In this document: positions 46,921-55,737 of the stretch, piece by piece
Position numbering within the stretch: position 1 is the first letter of the stretch
How the letters are laid out: each line of letters starts with the position of its first letter
Assembly (NCBI GenBank): GCA_022820645.1
Contig: JAJEFD010000013.1
Location: forward strand, 71,308-135,307
DNA: 64,000 bases
DNA from: Dehalococcoidia bacterium
GTDB lineage: Bacteria > Chloroflexota > Dehalococcoidia > Lucifugimonadales > Australimonadaceae
Direction of reading: 5' to 3'
Notes under the pieces: generated by a model
Database searches by the model: none
What the model was told of the DNA's origin: nothing
What the model saw: the letters and a program-made list of their open reading frames with translations, nothing else
Position numbers and translations under genes: made by a program

Positions 46921-48078
46921 TCATTCCCAGTGGAAGCAGGTGGCGGGGTTGTCCCAGAAGAGGCGGCGCTTGTCGTCGTCGTTGAGCTGGTCCCAGCCGA
47001 GCACGACGTCAACAGAGTCGGGGAAGCGGGACTCGGCGTGCGGGAAGTCGGAGCCGAACATGAGGACGTGGTCGCCCATAAGTTCGGAGACCATCTTCAC
47101 CATGTCCGGGCCCTCGTGAAGGACGACAGCGGCGAAGAAGCGTCCGCCGGTCATGTACTCCTCGATGGTGCGCAGGCCGTCGGCGACGTAGCCCATGTAG
47201 TGCACCTGGTCTTCCATGCGCTTCATCCAGAACGGCAGCCAGCCGAAGCCCGATTCGAGGATGGCAAGGTTGAGGTTGGGGTACTTGTCGAGCAGCCCCG
47301 CGCCGATGAAGGCGGAGATCATGCGCATCGCGGCCCAGGGGTGGGAGGCGGTGCGTCCGATGAATGGGTTGTCCCAGAGATCGCGGTAGCCGGGATAGCC
47401 GGACGCGAAGCTGTGGTGGACGACGGTGAGTCCGGCGTCGTCGGCAGCGGCCCAGACGGGTTGGAGGTCCGGGTGGTCGACGGGGTAGTCGAGCGGCAGG
47501 TCCATGATGATGCCGCGCGCCCAGCGCGAGCCGCCCCACGTCTTGATCTCGGTGACGGCGCTCTCCACGTCGCGCGCGCTGGCGGTGATGAGCGAGGTGA
47601 GGCGGTCCGGATAGCGGGAGCAGACGTCGTCGAGGAAGCGGTGGAGCGCACCGATCATCGCGGCGTCGACGCTCGGGTCGTCGTGGCCGGTGAAGGAGCC
47701 GGGGACGAGGAGCTCGATGTCGACGCCTTCCTCATTCATCTCGCCGATGCGGGTCTCGATGTCCCAGTCCTCGGAGTAGCGCGAGGGGTACTTGCTGCCC
47801 ATGAAGTTCTGGAAGTGGCGCTCCTCCCGCTCGCGCGGCCCGGCCTCGCCGAGGTGGCGCGGCTTGCCGCCGCCCCAGCCGCCCGCGCTCCCGAAGCGGT
47901 ACCAGTGGTTGAACGGCGGGTCCAGCACCTGCCCCGCGCGACCGATCTTGACCTCGCGCAGGAACCGGGCGAGGTCCGGCTGCCGGGCCTGGGTCGCGGC
48001 ATCCATGTAGGGCGTCAGCGTCTCGACCGACGGCTGGAGGTGGGTATCGGCATCGAAGACCTTGAATCCGTTGCGCAT
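46921..48078 (-). CDS. amidohydrolase-2 family protein, tandem copy 2
   Basis: Near-identical N- and C-termini to copy 1 (MRNGFKVFDADTHLQPSVETLTPYMDAATQARQP...FHWE). ATG 48078 lies within track ORF 46921..48873. Confidence 0.85.
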   Translation of the reverse strand: MRNGFKVFDADTHLQPSVETLTPYMDAATQARQPDLARFLREVKIGRAGQVLDPPFNHWYRFGSAGGWGGGKPRHLGEAGPREREERHFQNFMGSKYPSRYSEDWDIETRIGEMNEEGVDIELLVPGSFTGHDDPSVDAAMIGALHRFLDDVCSRYPDRLTSLITASARDVESAVTEIKTWGGSRWARGIIMDLPLDYPVDHPDLQPVWAAADDAGLTVVHHSFASGYPGYRDLWDNPFIGRTASHPWAAMRMISAFIGAGLLDKYPNLNLAILESGFGWLPFWMKRMEDQVHYMGYVADGLRTIEEYMTGGRFFAAVVLHEGPDMVKMVSELMGDHVLMFGSDFPHAESRFPDSVDVVLGWDQLNDDDKRRLFWDNPATCFHWE

Positions 48079-48161
48079 GGCGGTTCCCTCCTGTGGTTGG
48101 GAATTTACACCCTCACCCGCCGCGCTGTCCGCGCGACGACCTCTCCCAGAGGGAGAGGGGA

Positions 48162-49823
48162 TCAGGCGTCGAGGCCGTAGGTGTCGCGGGCCTTGGCGGG
48201 GGTGAGGACGCCATCCTCGACGTCTGCGCGGGTGCGGGCGGGGTCGCGGTCGGCGGCGGGGAGGACGCCCCCGCCTCCGCCGGTCTCGATGCGGAAGACG
48301 TCGCCGGGTTCGAGGCCGACGTTGGAGACGATGCCGGGGTAGCGCTGCTCGCGCTCCTCGCCGGGGTGGACGACGACCCACGCGTTGCGGCCGTCGCCGC
48401 CGCCCTCGACGCCCGCGGCCTCGCGCTTCGACGCGCCGCCGGAGAGCCGGCTGGGAGCGCGGACGCGGTACTCGCGCACGTAGCCGGGGCCGCCGCGGTA
48501 CGCGCCGTCGCCGCCGGAGTCGGGGAGCACCTCGAAGCGGGTCATGTCGACGGGGAACTCGGACTCGATGACCTCGACGCTGGTGAACTTCGCGCCGTAA
48601 CTGGCGCGGGAGCCGACGCCGGAGAAGCCGTCGCCGCCCTCCCACGCGGGCGCTCCGGCGTACATCAACTCGTACTGGACGTACTGGCGCTTCGCGCCGG
48701 TGTAGCCGACGACGATGGAGCTCTGGGTGGCGATGTGGGCGAGGGCGGGCCTGCCGGATGCCTTGGCCATGACCGCGCCGATGACGCTCTCGGCGAGCGC
48801 GAGGGTCTTGGAGTAGAAGCCGACAGGGCCGGGGAACGTGGGATCGAGGAGGCTGCCGCGCCGGAAGCGGCACTCGACGGCCTCCGTCATGCCGTGGTTG
48901 AGGGGGATGTGGCGGTCGGTGAGGCGTATCGCCATGTTGCGGGCGAGTCCCTCGATGAACGGCGGGCGGAGGTTGATAGGCGCGGTCGCCTGGTCGCCGG
49001 TGCCGGTGAAGTCGAGGACGAGGCGCTGTCCCTCCTTGATGGAGGCGACGTGCATGCGTATCGGCTCACCGGTGCTGGGGTCGTCGACCATGGCCTCAAC
49101 CTCGCAGACGCCGTCGGGCCAGGCGTCGAGCTGCTCGCGGATGCGGTGGGCGGTGCGCTCGCCCGCCTGCTCGAACTGCTGCAGGAGCGCGGGCGCGCCG
49201 TACGTGCGGATGAGGTCGTGCAGGCGCGCCTCGCCGATGGTGTGGCAGACACCGGCCTTGGCCGTGAGGTCGCCGATCATCATCTCGGGCACGCGGCTGT
49301 TGGCGCGGACGAACGTCGCGGTGTCCTGCTCGAGACGGTAGTCGCGCATGTAGCGCACGGGCGGTACCTGGAGGCCCTCGCCGAAGAGGTCGCGTGCGGT
49401 CGCGTTGCGCGAGCCCGCGGCGACGCCCCCGATGTCGGGCGTGTGGCCGATGCTGGCGGCGAACGCGATGAGCCTGCCGTCCGCGAAGATGGGGGTCATC
49501 ACGACCATGTCGTTCGCGTGGGGGCAGCCGCTGTGGTACGGGTGGCTGGCGAGGTAGGCGTCGCCCTCGCGCATGCCGGCGGGGGAGTGGAAGTCGAAGA
49601 GCCCGTGGACGCAGGCGGGGAGGCCGCCCATGTGTCCGGGGTGAGAGCCGCGCGCGACGAGGCGTCCGGTAGCGTCGAGCAGTCCGCAGCTGAAGTCGTG
49701 GGACTCGCGGACGATGGTGGAGAAGCCGGTGCGGAAGACGGCGTTCTCCATCTCGCGGACGATGCCGTCGAGGCGTGCGCTCATCACCTCGAAGGTGATG
49801 ACGTCGAGCGGGGGGCTGGTCAT
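48162..49823 (-). CDS. hydantoinase B / oxoprolinase family protein
   Basis: MTSPPLDVITFEVMSARLDGIVREMENAVFRTGFSTIVRESHDFSCGLLDATGRLVA, a typical HyuB N-terminus, 553 aa. Confidence 0.88.
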   Translation of the reverse strand: MTSPPLDVITFEVMSARLDGIVREMENAVFRTGFSTIVRESHDFSCGLLDATGRLVARGSHPGHMGGLPACVHGLFDFHSPAGMREGDAYLASHPYHSGCPHANDMVVMTPIFADGRLIAFAASIGHTPDIGGVAAGSRNATARDLFGEGLQVPPVRYMRDYRLEQDTATFVRANSRVPEMMIGDLTAKAGVCHTIGEARLHDLIRTYGAPALLQQFEQAGERTAHRIREQLDAWPDGVCEVEAMVDDPSTGEPIRMHVASIKEGQRLVLDFTGTGDQATAPINLRPPFIEGLARNMAIRLTDRHIPLNHGMTEAVECRFRRGSLLDPTFPGPVGFYSKTLALAESVIGAVMAKASGRPALAHIATQSSIVVGYTGAKRQYVQYELMYAGAPAWEGGDGFSGVGSRASYGAKFTSVEVIESEFPVDMTRFEVLPDSGGDGAYRGGPGYVREYRVRAPSRLSGGASKREAAGVEGGGDGRNAWVVVHPGEEREQRYPGIVSNVGLEPGDVFRIETGGGGGVLPAADRDPARTRADVEDGVLTPAKARDTYGLDA

Positions 49824-49900
49824 GGGCGCATGATACTCTCACGACGGAGACGGGGGCTTGCTATTCCGTATTCGGTACCAACATCTGACCGTAGACAAGC

Positions 49901-51052
49901 ATGAAAGAAGTTACGCTTTACACCGACGGCGCCTGCCAAGGTAACCCTGGCCCAGGAGGGTATGGGGTCGTCCTAGCCTACGGACCTCATCGGAGGGAAC
50001 TCTCGGGCGGGTACCGAAAGACGACGAACAATCGCATGGAGCTCACGGCCGCCATCAAGGGGCTAGAGGCTCTGAAGGAACAGTGCGAGGTCCAACTGCA
50101 CAGCGACTCCAAGTACGTCGTCGACGGTTACTCGAACGGGTGGGCGGCAAGATGGCGTGCAAACGAATGGAGGCTCAGCAACAATGAGTTGGCTGCCAAC
50201 TCCGACCTGTGGAGCAGATTACTCGACCTCTGTGAGTCCCACGATGTGACACTCCACTGGGTGCAAGGGCATTCAGGCAACCCGGATAACGAACGGTGCG
50301 ACCAGTTGGCGACAGGGGCCGCTACCCAACCCAATCTGCCTCCTGACGAACCATATGAAGGCGCCATGGGAGAAGAGCTTGCACCTAGGGCAACTACTCT
50401 TGTCAACCACAGCAGTCAGTCCACCGCTGCACACAACGTGAGGGACAGCTTGCTCTCAGCAGGTGTCGGCTTGAAAAGGCAAACCATATTCCGTGCTGTA
50501 GAGGAGAAAGATACCAAATTCGCCCCTACCCTCCTTGAACTGATGAAGTCCGAAGGAGACCCTGGCATCAAGAGCAGGTGTGCGTGGGCACTAGGCAGGC
50601 TGAATTACCGGGAAGCAGAGCCAAGCCTCATCATCGCGCTCAAAGATTCTTCGGTGGAAGTACGAAAATGGTCGGCTTGGGCACTAGGGGAGATAGGCAG
50701 TGCCAGAACAGAGGCGCATCTCAGGGGCGCCTTAGATCGCGAGGAGGTTGAGGCTGTCCGCAGCTCTATCGGAGGAGCGCTCAAGAAGCTCAACTTCGAG
50801 CCGACTCGCGTCCACGTCAGCCAACTCACTAAGGCGCTGCAACCACCCAAGACTACCGACTCCACTCTGTCGATCCTCATAGATAAACTGGAACAACTTG
50901 ATTCGATTGCAGACGCTGACGAAGTCATCAGACTCCGGACAGCAATGAAGGAACATGACCCCAGCTTCTTCAAGACATACATGGACTGGGTGAAGAGAAA
51001 GCCTGCAATTGCAGCCGCGCTCAAAGACGACAGACAAGTCTTCCACACCTGA
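49901..51052 (+). CDS. rnhA: ribonuclease HI fused to a C-terminal HEAT (PBS-lyase-type) repeat domain
   Basis: The N-terminal 145 aa align by eye with E. coli RNase HI, with DEDD present ([29 protein letters not shown]). The C-terminal ~235 aa hold repeats such as [53 protein letters not shown]+C is visibly lower. Confidence 0.85.
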   Translation: MKEVTLYTDGACQGNPGPGGYGVVLAYGPHRRELSGGYRKTTNNRMELTAAIKGLEALKEQCEVQLHSDSKYVVDGYSNGWAARWRANEWRLSNNELAANSDLWSRLLDLCESHDVTLHWVQGHSGNPDNERCDQLATGAATQPNLPPDEPYEGAMGEELAPRATTLVNHSSQSTAAHNVRDSLLSAGVGLKRQTIFRAVEEKDTKFAPTLLELMKSEGDPGIKSRCAWALGRLNYREAEPSLIIALKDSSVEVRKWSAWALGEIGSARTEAHLRGALDREEVEAVRSSIGGALKKLNFEPTRVHVSQLTKALQPPKTTDSTLSILIDKLEQLDSIADADEVIRLRTAMKEHDPSFFKTYMDWVKRKPAIAAALKDDRQVFHT

Positions 51053-51284
51053 GTCCATCAGCAGGCCCTCACCCCTCCCGGTTCACCCTCACCCTAGCCC
51101 TCTCCCCTCAAGGGAGAGGGGACCCGAGAGATTCCTCGGCTGCGCTCGGAATGACAGCCACGCAGCACCCCATCGAGGGCCCTCACCCCAACCCCCTCCC
51201 ACAGGAGGAGGCGGGCATGCGGAGCCGGAGGCGTTTCGGATATACTGAGCGTCGGGCCGAGGCCGTAAGGCCGTTCCACCGCGT

Positions 51285-51361
51285 GGCGCATTCGTCTAGC
51301 GGCCCAGGACACCGCCCTCTCAAGGCGGAGATCACGGGTTCGAATCCCGTATGCGCCACCA
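51285..51361 (+). tRNA. tRNA-Glu (anticodon CTC), CCA encoded
   Basis: Hand-folded. Acceptor GGCGCAT/ATGCGCC, anticodon stem CCGCC/GGCGG with loop CT-CTC-AA, and T-arm ACGGG-TTCGAAT-CCCGT. Confidence 0.9.
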
Positions 51362-51409
51362 CTGCGCCACCGAACACCCCGCTAGAATGTGCAGCCAGAG
51401 GAGTTCGTC

Positions 51410-51802
51410 ATGCCCATCGCCCGCGGGACGTTCGAGGTCAACATGGAGCCGGAACCGCCGTTCCTGGAGCAGGACGGGGTAACGCTGAACCGCAACGTCG
51501 TGCGCAAGGAGTTCTCCGGCGGCATGGCCGGCACGTCCGAGGCGCAGATGCTCGCAGCCTTCACCGGCACCCCCGGCTCGGCGGGTTACGTGGCCATCGA
51601 GCACTTCACGGGCTCGGTGGACGGGAAGCCGGGCTCGTTCGTGCTCCAGCACAGCGGGGTGATGGACAAGGGCGACGCGCGGTTGACGGTCACCATCGTG
51701 CCGGACTCCGGCACCGGAGAGCTGGCCGGCATCTCGGGGACGATGGAGATCGACAACGCCGAGGGACAGCACTCGTACGTCCTCGACTACGAGCAGGCAT
51801 AA
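51410..51802 (+). CDS. DUF3224 domain protein
   Basis: MPIARGTFEVNMEPEPP...FSGGMAGTSEAQMLAAFT...GSFVLQHSGVMDKGD...GTGELAGISGTMEID. The SD agaggag lies before ATG 51410. Family call from memory. Confidence 0.7.
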   Translation: MPIARGTFEVNMEPEPPFLEQDGVTLNRNVVRKEFSGGMAGTSEAQMLAAFTGTPGSAGYVAIEHFTGSVDGKPGSFVLQHSGVMDKGDARLTVTIVPDSGTGELAGISGTMEIDNAEGQHSYVLDYEQA

Positions 51803-51823
51803 GCGCAAGGGAGAGACGAGGCG

Positions 51824-52615
51824 ATGGTCAGGTCAACGGGCCGCTCGACGGCGTCACGGAAGATCGACGAGAAGATCGCGGAGCTGGGCGACTGGCGCGG
51901 CGAGCGGTTGAGCGAGGTCCGCAGGCTCGTCCTGGAAGCCGACCCCGAGGCGGTCGAGGAGTGGAAGTGGCAGAACTCCGCCGTGTGGTCGCACGACGGG
52001 GTGGTCGCCGCCGCGAAGGCGACCAGGGACAAGGTGCGGCTGACGTTCGCGCAGGGGGCAAGTCTCCCGGACCCCGGAAATCTGTTCAACGCGAACCTGG
52101 ACGGGGACACGATGCGGACGATAGCCATCCTCGAGGGCGACGCGATAGACGGCGCCGCGCTGCAGGCGCTGGTGCGCGAGGCCGTCGCCTACAACGCCAG
52201 CCGGGACGGCACGGCGCCGGTGCTGCTCTCAGGCGGCAACCCGCAGATACCGAAGGGCGACGGCGACGCTCCCGTGCAGGCGTACATCGCGGCGATGCCG
52301 GGCTGGAAGAGCGACGTCGGTCGTCACCTCGACGACCTCATCGCGCGTACCGTGCCGGACGTACGCAAGGCGGTGCGGTGGAACTCGCCCTTCTACGGCG
52401 TCGAGGGCATGGGCTTCTTCCTGAACCTCCACGTCTTCACCCGCCACGTGCGCGTGACGTTCTTCCGGGGTGCGGCGCTGGAGCCCGAGCCGCCCAGCAG
52501 GATGAAGGACCCGGACGCGCGCCACATCGACATCCATGAGGGGGAACTCGACGAGGCGCAGATGGCGGCGTGGGTGCGGCAGGCGGCAGCCGTCCCCGGT
52601 TGGGACCTGAAATGA
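51824..52615 (+). CDS. tandem DUF1801 (YdhG-like) domain protein
   Basis: Two repeats of the pattern WRGERLSEVRRLVLEADPEAVEEWKW...VRLTF and WKSDVGRHLDDLIARTVPDVRKAVRWNSPFYG...VRVTFF. Confidence 0.75.
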   Translation: MVRSTGRSTASRKIDEKIAELGDWRGERLSEVRRLVLEADPEAVEEWKWQNSAVWSHDGVVAAAKATRDKVRLTFAQGASLPDPGNLFNANLDGDTMRTIAILEGDAIDGAALQALVREAVAYNASRDGTAPVLLSGGNPQIPKGDGDAPVQAYIAAMPGWKSDVGRHLDDLIARTVPDVRKAVRWNSPFYGVEGMGFFLNLHVFTRHVRVTFFRGAALEPEPPSRMKDPDARHIDIHEGELDEAQMAAWVRQAAAVPGWDLK

Positions 52616-53025
52616 CATCCCGGAGCGAAAGCTCAGGCATGAGCACCCAACATTCACCTATCGGGTTCCTCGAAGCCGTCTGCTACGACGTTTCGGACAT
52701 CGACCGCGCGGCGGCGTTCTGGTCGGGGCTGCTCGGGTGTACGTTCGGCGCGTCCACGCAGACCGGGTTCCGCCGGGCGCAGCTTCCGAGCGGCCTCTAC
52801 TTCCTGCTGCAGCAGAGCGACGAGCCGAAGACGGGCAAGAACCGCGCGCACGTCGACTTCGAGACGGACGAGATGGAAGCCGCGGTGGCGCTCGTCGTGG
52901 AGCTCGGCGGGCGGGCGCTCCATCCGGTCGACAACGGCCTCGCCGGTTTCTGGGTGTGCGCGGACCCGGACGGGAACGAGTTCTGCATCGGCCCGCCGGA
53001 GTCGCGTCCGCCGAGGGGGAGTTAG
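52612..53025 (+). CDS. VOC/glyoxalase family protein
   Basis: FLEAVCYDVSDIDRAAAFWSGLLG...NRAHVDFETDEMEAAVALVVELGG...ADPDGNEFCI. ATGA overlap with the upstream gene. Confidence 0.75.
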   Translation: MTSRSESSGMSTQHSPIGFLEAVCYDVSDIDRAAAFWSGLLGCTFGASTQTGFRRAQLPSGLYFLLQQSDEPKTGKNRAHVDFETDEMEAAVALVVELGGRALHPVDNGLAGFWVCADPDGNEFCIGPPESRPPRGS

Positions 53026-53159
53026 CCCTAGCCGTTGACGTGGCGCGCGAGGAATGACCACACGAGGGCGATGGGAGAAGGTTTGGGCACCCACAAGGGA
53101 TGCCCCTACATCAGGCGCCACCCCGCACCACACCCCACCGTGTGACCTGCCCGGTCACT

Positions 53160-53186
53160 CTGGATTCCAGCTGGTGCTGGAATGAC
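53160..53186 (-). repeat. type-A REP hairpin copy (inverted orientation)
   Basis: ctggattccagctggtgctggaatgac, preceded by gtgacctgcccggtcac. Confidence 0.9.
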
Positions 53187-53193
53187 GACAACC

Positions 53194-54051
53194 TTAGCCG
53201 TTGATCTGGCGCGCGAGGAATGAGCGCATGAGGTCGATGGCGCGGTCGGACTCGGGGCCGGGGTCGCGCGCGAACCCGTGCGGCATGCCGGGGAAGGCTT
53301 CGTACTCGGCGTGGCCGCCCGCGCGGTTCCAGGATTCGGCGAAGCGCTGGGGGATCTCGTGCGGGATGTTGCCGTCGGCGGTGCCCTGCACGACGAGCAA
53401 CGGCGGCAGGACGGCGTCCTCGCCCCGGTCGAGTATCTCCTGCGGGTTGGCCTCGTGGACGGCGTCCCACGGCCGGAAGTAGTTCTCGGTAGAGCGCACG
53501 AGGCGTTCGACAGGCGCTCCCTTCGCCCACTCGTAGCGCGTGAGCGGGTCGACGATGGTCCACATCGCGATGAGGAAGGCGAGGCTGGCGTCGTCGCCGA
53601 CGCCGTCTGCTGAAAGCGCGGCGTAGCGCGGGTCGCGGGGGCGCATCGCGGTGAGGAGGATGGTGTGTCCGCCGCTCGAATCGCCCGCGCCGCCGACGCA
53701 CGCGGGGTCGCCGTTGAAGTCGCCCGCGTGGGCCTTCAGCCAGCGCACAGCGAAGTTGGTCTGGGCGACCTGCACGGGATACGGGTAAGCGGGCGCGAGT
53801 CCGAAGTCGTGCGCCGCAACGACCATGCCGCACTCGGCGAGCTGGGTGTCGATCGGGGATGCCGCGAGGCGGTCGCCGGTATTCCACGCGCCGCCGTGCG
53901 CCCGGAGGAGCATGGGGAACGGCCCGTCGCCCACCGGGCGGTAGACCGTCATCAGCAGCGGCTCGCCGTCGACGCGCAGGTACTCGGCGTCCTGCGAGAC
54001 GACGTCGTAACGGGCGGCGGGGTCGTAGGTGGTCATGGGGGGAGGATACAT
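53194..54051 (-). CDS. alpha/beta hydrolase fold-3 (HSL-type esterase/lipase)
   Basis: LLRAHGGAWNTGD (HGG oxyanion motif) and the GDSSGGH nucleophile elbow. The start is taken at ATG 54051, which overlaps the upstream stop (TGATG). The long track extension to 54591 is REP-derived. Confidence 0.85.
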   Translation of the reverse strand: MYPPPMTTYDPAARYDVVSQDAEYLRVDGEPLLMTVYRPVGDGPFPMLLRAHGGAWNTGDRLAASPIDTQLAECGMVVAAHDFGLAPAYPYPVQVAQTNFAVRWLKAHAGDFNGDPACVGGAGDSSGGHTILLTAMRPRDPRYAALSADGVGDDASLAFLIAMWTIVDPLTRYEWAKGAPVERLVRSTENYFRPWDAVHEANPQEILDRGEDAVLPPLLVVQGTADGNIPHEIPQRFAESWNRAGGHAEYEAFPGMPHGFARDPGPESDRAIDLMRSFLARQING

Positions 54052-54449
54052 CAGCCGTCGACGGCGATGACCCACATATCGACGCCGCGGCCGGGGTTGC
54101 CCCGCGTGAGGACGTCGAACGCGGTATCGTTGATGTAGATGAGGCGGTCGTTGAGGGTGACGCGGACCTGCAGGCCGTAGACGGCGCGGGGGTCGATATC
54201 GTCCGGCTCGTAGGACACGGCGAAGTCGACGGGGAAGCGTCCGGGGTCCTCGATGGTCTGGGAGGCGATGAGGGGTGCGGGGGCGTCCAGGTAGGAGACG
54301 TCGCGCAGTTGCACCTCGAGGACGGCGCCATCGGGGATGGCCTGGTCGCCGTCGAAGGTGATCGTGCCGGTGACGGCGTTGCGGTCGCCGCAGGCGGCAA
54401 GGGTGAGCGCGAGAGCGGCGGTTAGAATGATGGCGGAGACGATGCGCAT
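54051..54449 (-). CDS. YbaY-like lipoprotein
   Basis: MRIVSAIILTAALALTLAAC has a lipobox. VLEVQLRDVSYLDAPAPLIASQTI...YGLQVRVTLNDRLIYIND matches the YbaY/YscW-like pattern from memory. Confidence 0.7.
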   Translation of the reverse strand: MRIVSAIILTAALALTLAACGDRNAVTGTITFDGDQAIPDGAVLEVQLRDVSYLDAPAPLIASQTIEDPGRFPVDFAVSYEPDDIDPRAVYGLQVRVTLNDRLIYINDTAFDVLTRGNPGRGVDMWVIAVDG

Positions 54450-54703
54450 GAGTGTGCTCCCCGGTAGCTATGCCTCTACGTGATATTACGCATGAACGGG
54501 ACGGCGGGTTCCGTGGGCCGCCGCGCCTCCCAGCCGGTTCACCCTCTCCCCAACCCTCTCCCCTCAAGGGAGAGGGGGCCAAGCGCCCCACGCCCGGCCC
54601 ACGCCCGCGAGCGGCGCAGCGAGCCGCTCCACCACCGTTCCACCCTCACCCGCCGCGCAAGCGCGTCGACCTCTCCCAGGGGGGCGAGGGCGCGCTAAAG
54701 CGC

Positions 54704-54746
54704 GGGAGAGATCCCTCGACTTCGCTGCGCTCCGCTCGGAATGACA
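54704..54746 (-). repeat. type-E half-element (inverted orientation)
   Basis: gggagagatccctcgacttcgctgcgctccgctcggaatgaca. Confidence 0.85.
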
Positions 54747-54754
54747 GGCCAGGA

Positions 54755-55660
54755 ATGCTCTTCCGAACGCTACTGGCAGTGGGAGTGGCGCTTGTGGCGT
54801 TGATGGCCGGGTGCGGCGGGGAGCCGGAGCCACCTGCGCCGGTGTACAGCGGCATCGTTGCGGCGGCGGAGTTCGTTGCAGGGGAGCAGCCGAACCGGTT
54901 CCCGTTCGGGCTCGCGGACAAGAACGGGGCGTTCCTCGAGGGGGCCGAGGTGTCGGTGCGGTTCTTCGAGCTGGACGGCGAGGACTCGCGGTTCCACGCG
55001 GAGGCGCCTGCGGTGTGGCGGGAGGTGGAGGGAGTGACGCCACACATACACGACGACGGTGAGTTGCACCTGCACCTCGACTATACGGGGCTGTACGTGG
55101 TCGACGCGGTGACGTTCCCGTCGCCGGGCATCTGGGGCGCGGAGTTCGTCGTGGAGGGAGGAACGCTCACCAAGGGAACGGCGTTCCAGGTGCAGGCGGA
55201 GGCGAGCGCGCCGACCGTAGGCGAGGCCGCGCCGCGCACGGAGAACCTGACGATCCACGACGCGCCGTTCGCGGAGATCTCGACGCGCCCGGTGGAGGGC
55301 GACGCGCTGCACAACGTATCGGTCGCGGAGGCTATCGACACGGGCGAGCCATTCGTGGTGTTCTTCGCGTCGCCGCGGTTCTGCGTCAGCGCGCTGTGCG
55401 GGCCGGTGACGGACACGCTGGAGCGCGTGCACAAAGAGTCAGGCGGAACAGTGGAGGTCATCCACATAGAGCCGTGGGACCTCGACGCCGCGCGGAACGA
55501 GGGGCGGCTGACGCCGTCGGCGGAGATGGCGGAGTGGGGGTTGCCGTCGGAGCCGTGGACGTTCGTGGTGGACGGCGGAGGCCGCATCTCGGCGCGCTAC
55601 GAGGGGCTGGTGACGGCGGAGGAGGTGCTGGGGGCGGTGCGGGCGGCGGGTGCGGGGTAG
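54755..55660 (+). CDS. lipoprotein with C-terminal thioredoxin-like fold
   Basis: MLFRTLLAVGVALVALMAGC has a lipobox. The C-terminal FVVFFASPRFCVSALCGPV resembles TlpA/Sco-like thioredoxin-fold proteins. The family call is tentative. Confidence 0.6.
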   Translation: MLFRTLLAVGVALVALMAGCGGEPEPPAPVYSGIVAAAEFVAGEQPNRFPFGLADKNGAFLEGAEVSVRFFELDGEDSRFHAEAPAVWREVEGVTPHIHDDGELHLHLDYTGLYVVDAVTFPSPGIWGAEFVVEGGTLTKGTAFQVQAEASAPTVGEAAPRTENLTIHDAPFAEISTRPVEGDALHNVSVAEAIDTGEPFVVFFASPRFCVSALCGPVTDTLERVHKESGGTVEVIHIEPWDLDAARNEGRLTPSAEMAEWGLPSEPWTFVVDGGGRISARYEGLVTAEEVLGAVRAAGAG

Positions 55661-55706
55661 CGGCAGCCTCGCGTCACACCCTGACGAGCGGCTCCCTATG
55701 AGTCCT

Positions 55707-55733
55707 CTGGGTTCCCGCTTTCGCGGGAATGAC
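55707..55733 (-). repeat. type-A REP hairpin copy (inverted orientation)
   Basis: ctgggttcccgctttcgcgggaatgac. Confidence 0.85.
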
Positions 55734-55737
55734 GGGG

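Noticed and set aside
45673-48180. 835-aa plus-strand ORF
   Set aside because: It is the antisense of the two tandem amidohydrolase genes. Its internal two-fold repetition simply mirrors that duplication.
49824-49900. Possible att-like duplicate of the tRNA-Glu 5' end (gggcgcat) near the hyuB start
   Set aside because: It is only an 8-nt match that overlaps the hyuB start codon context. That is too short to support an integration-site claim.
51151-52539. 462-aa plus-strand ORF spanning tRNA-Glu
   Set aside because: It reads through a tRNA gene and out of frame across the DUF3224 and DUF1801 genes. It is Arg/Gly-rich shadow sequence.
53194-54591. 465-aa version of the alpha/beta hydrolase
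   Set aside because: The upstream 180 residues run out of frame over the YbaY-like lipoprotein gene and REP sequence (SPLRGEGWGEGE). The conserved hydrolase body starts at about 54051.
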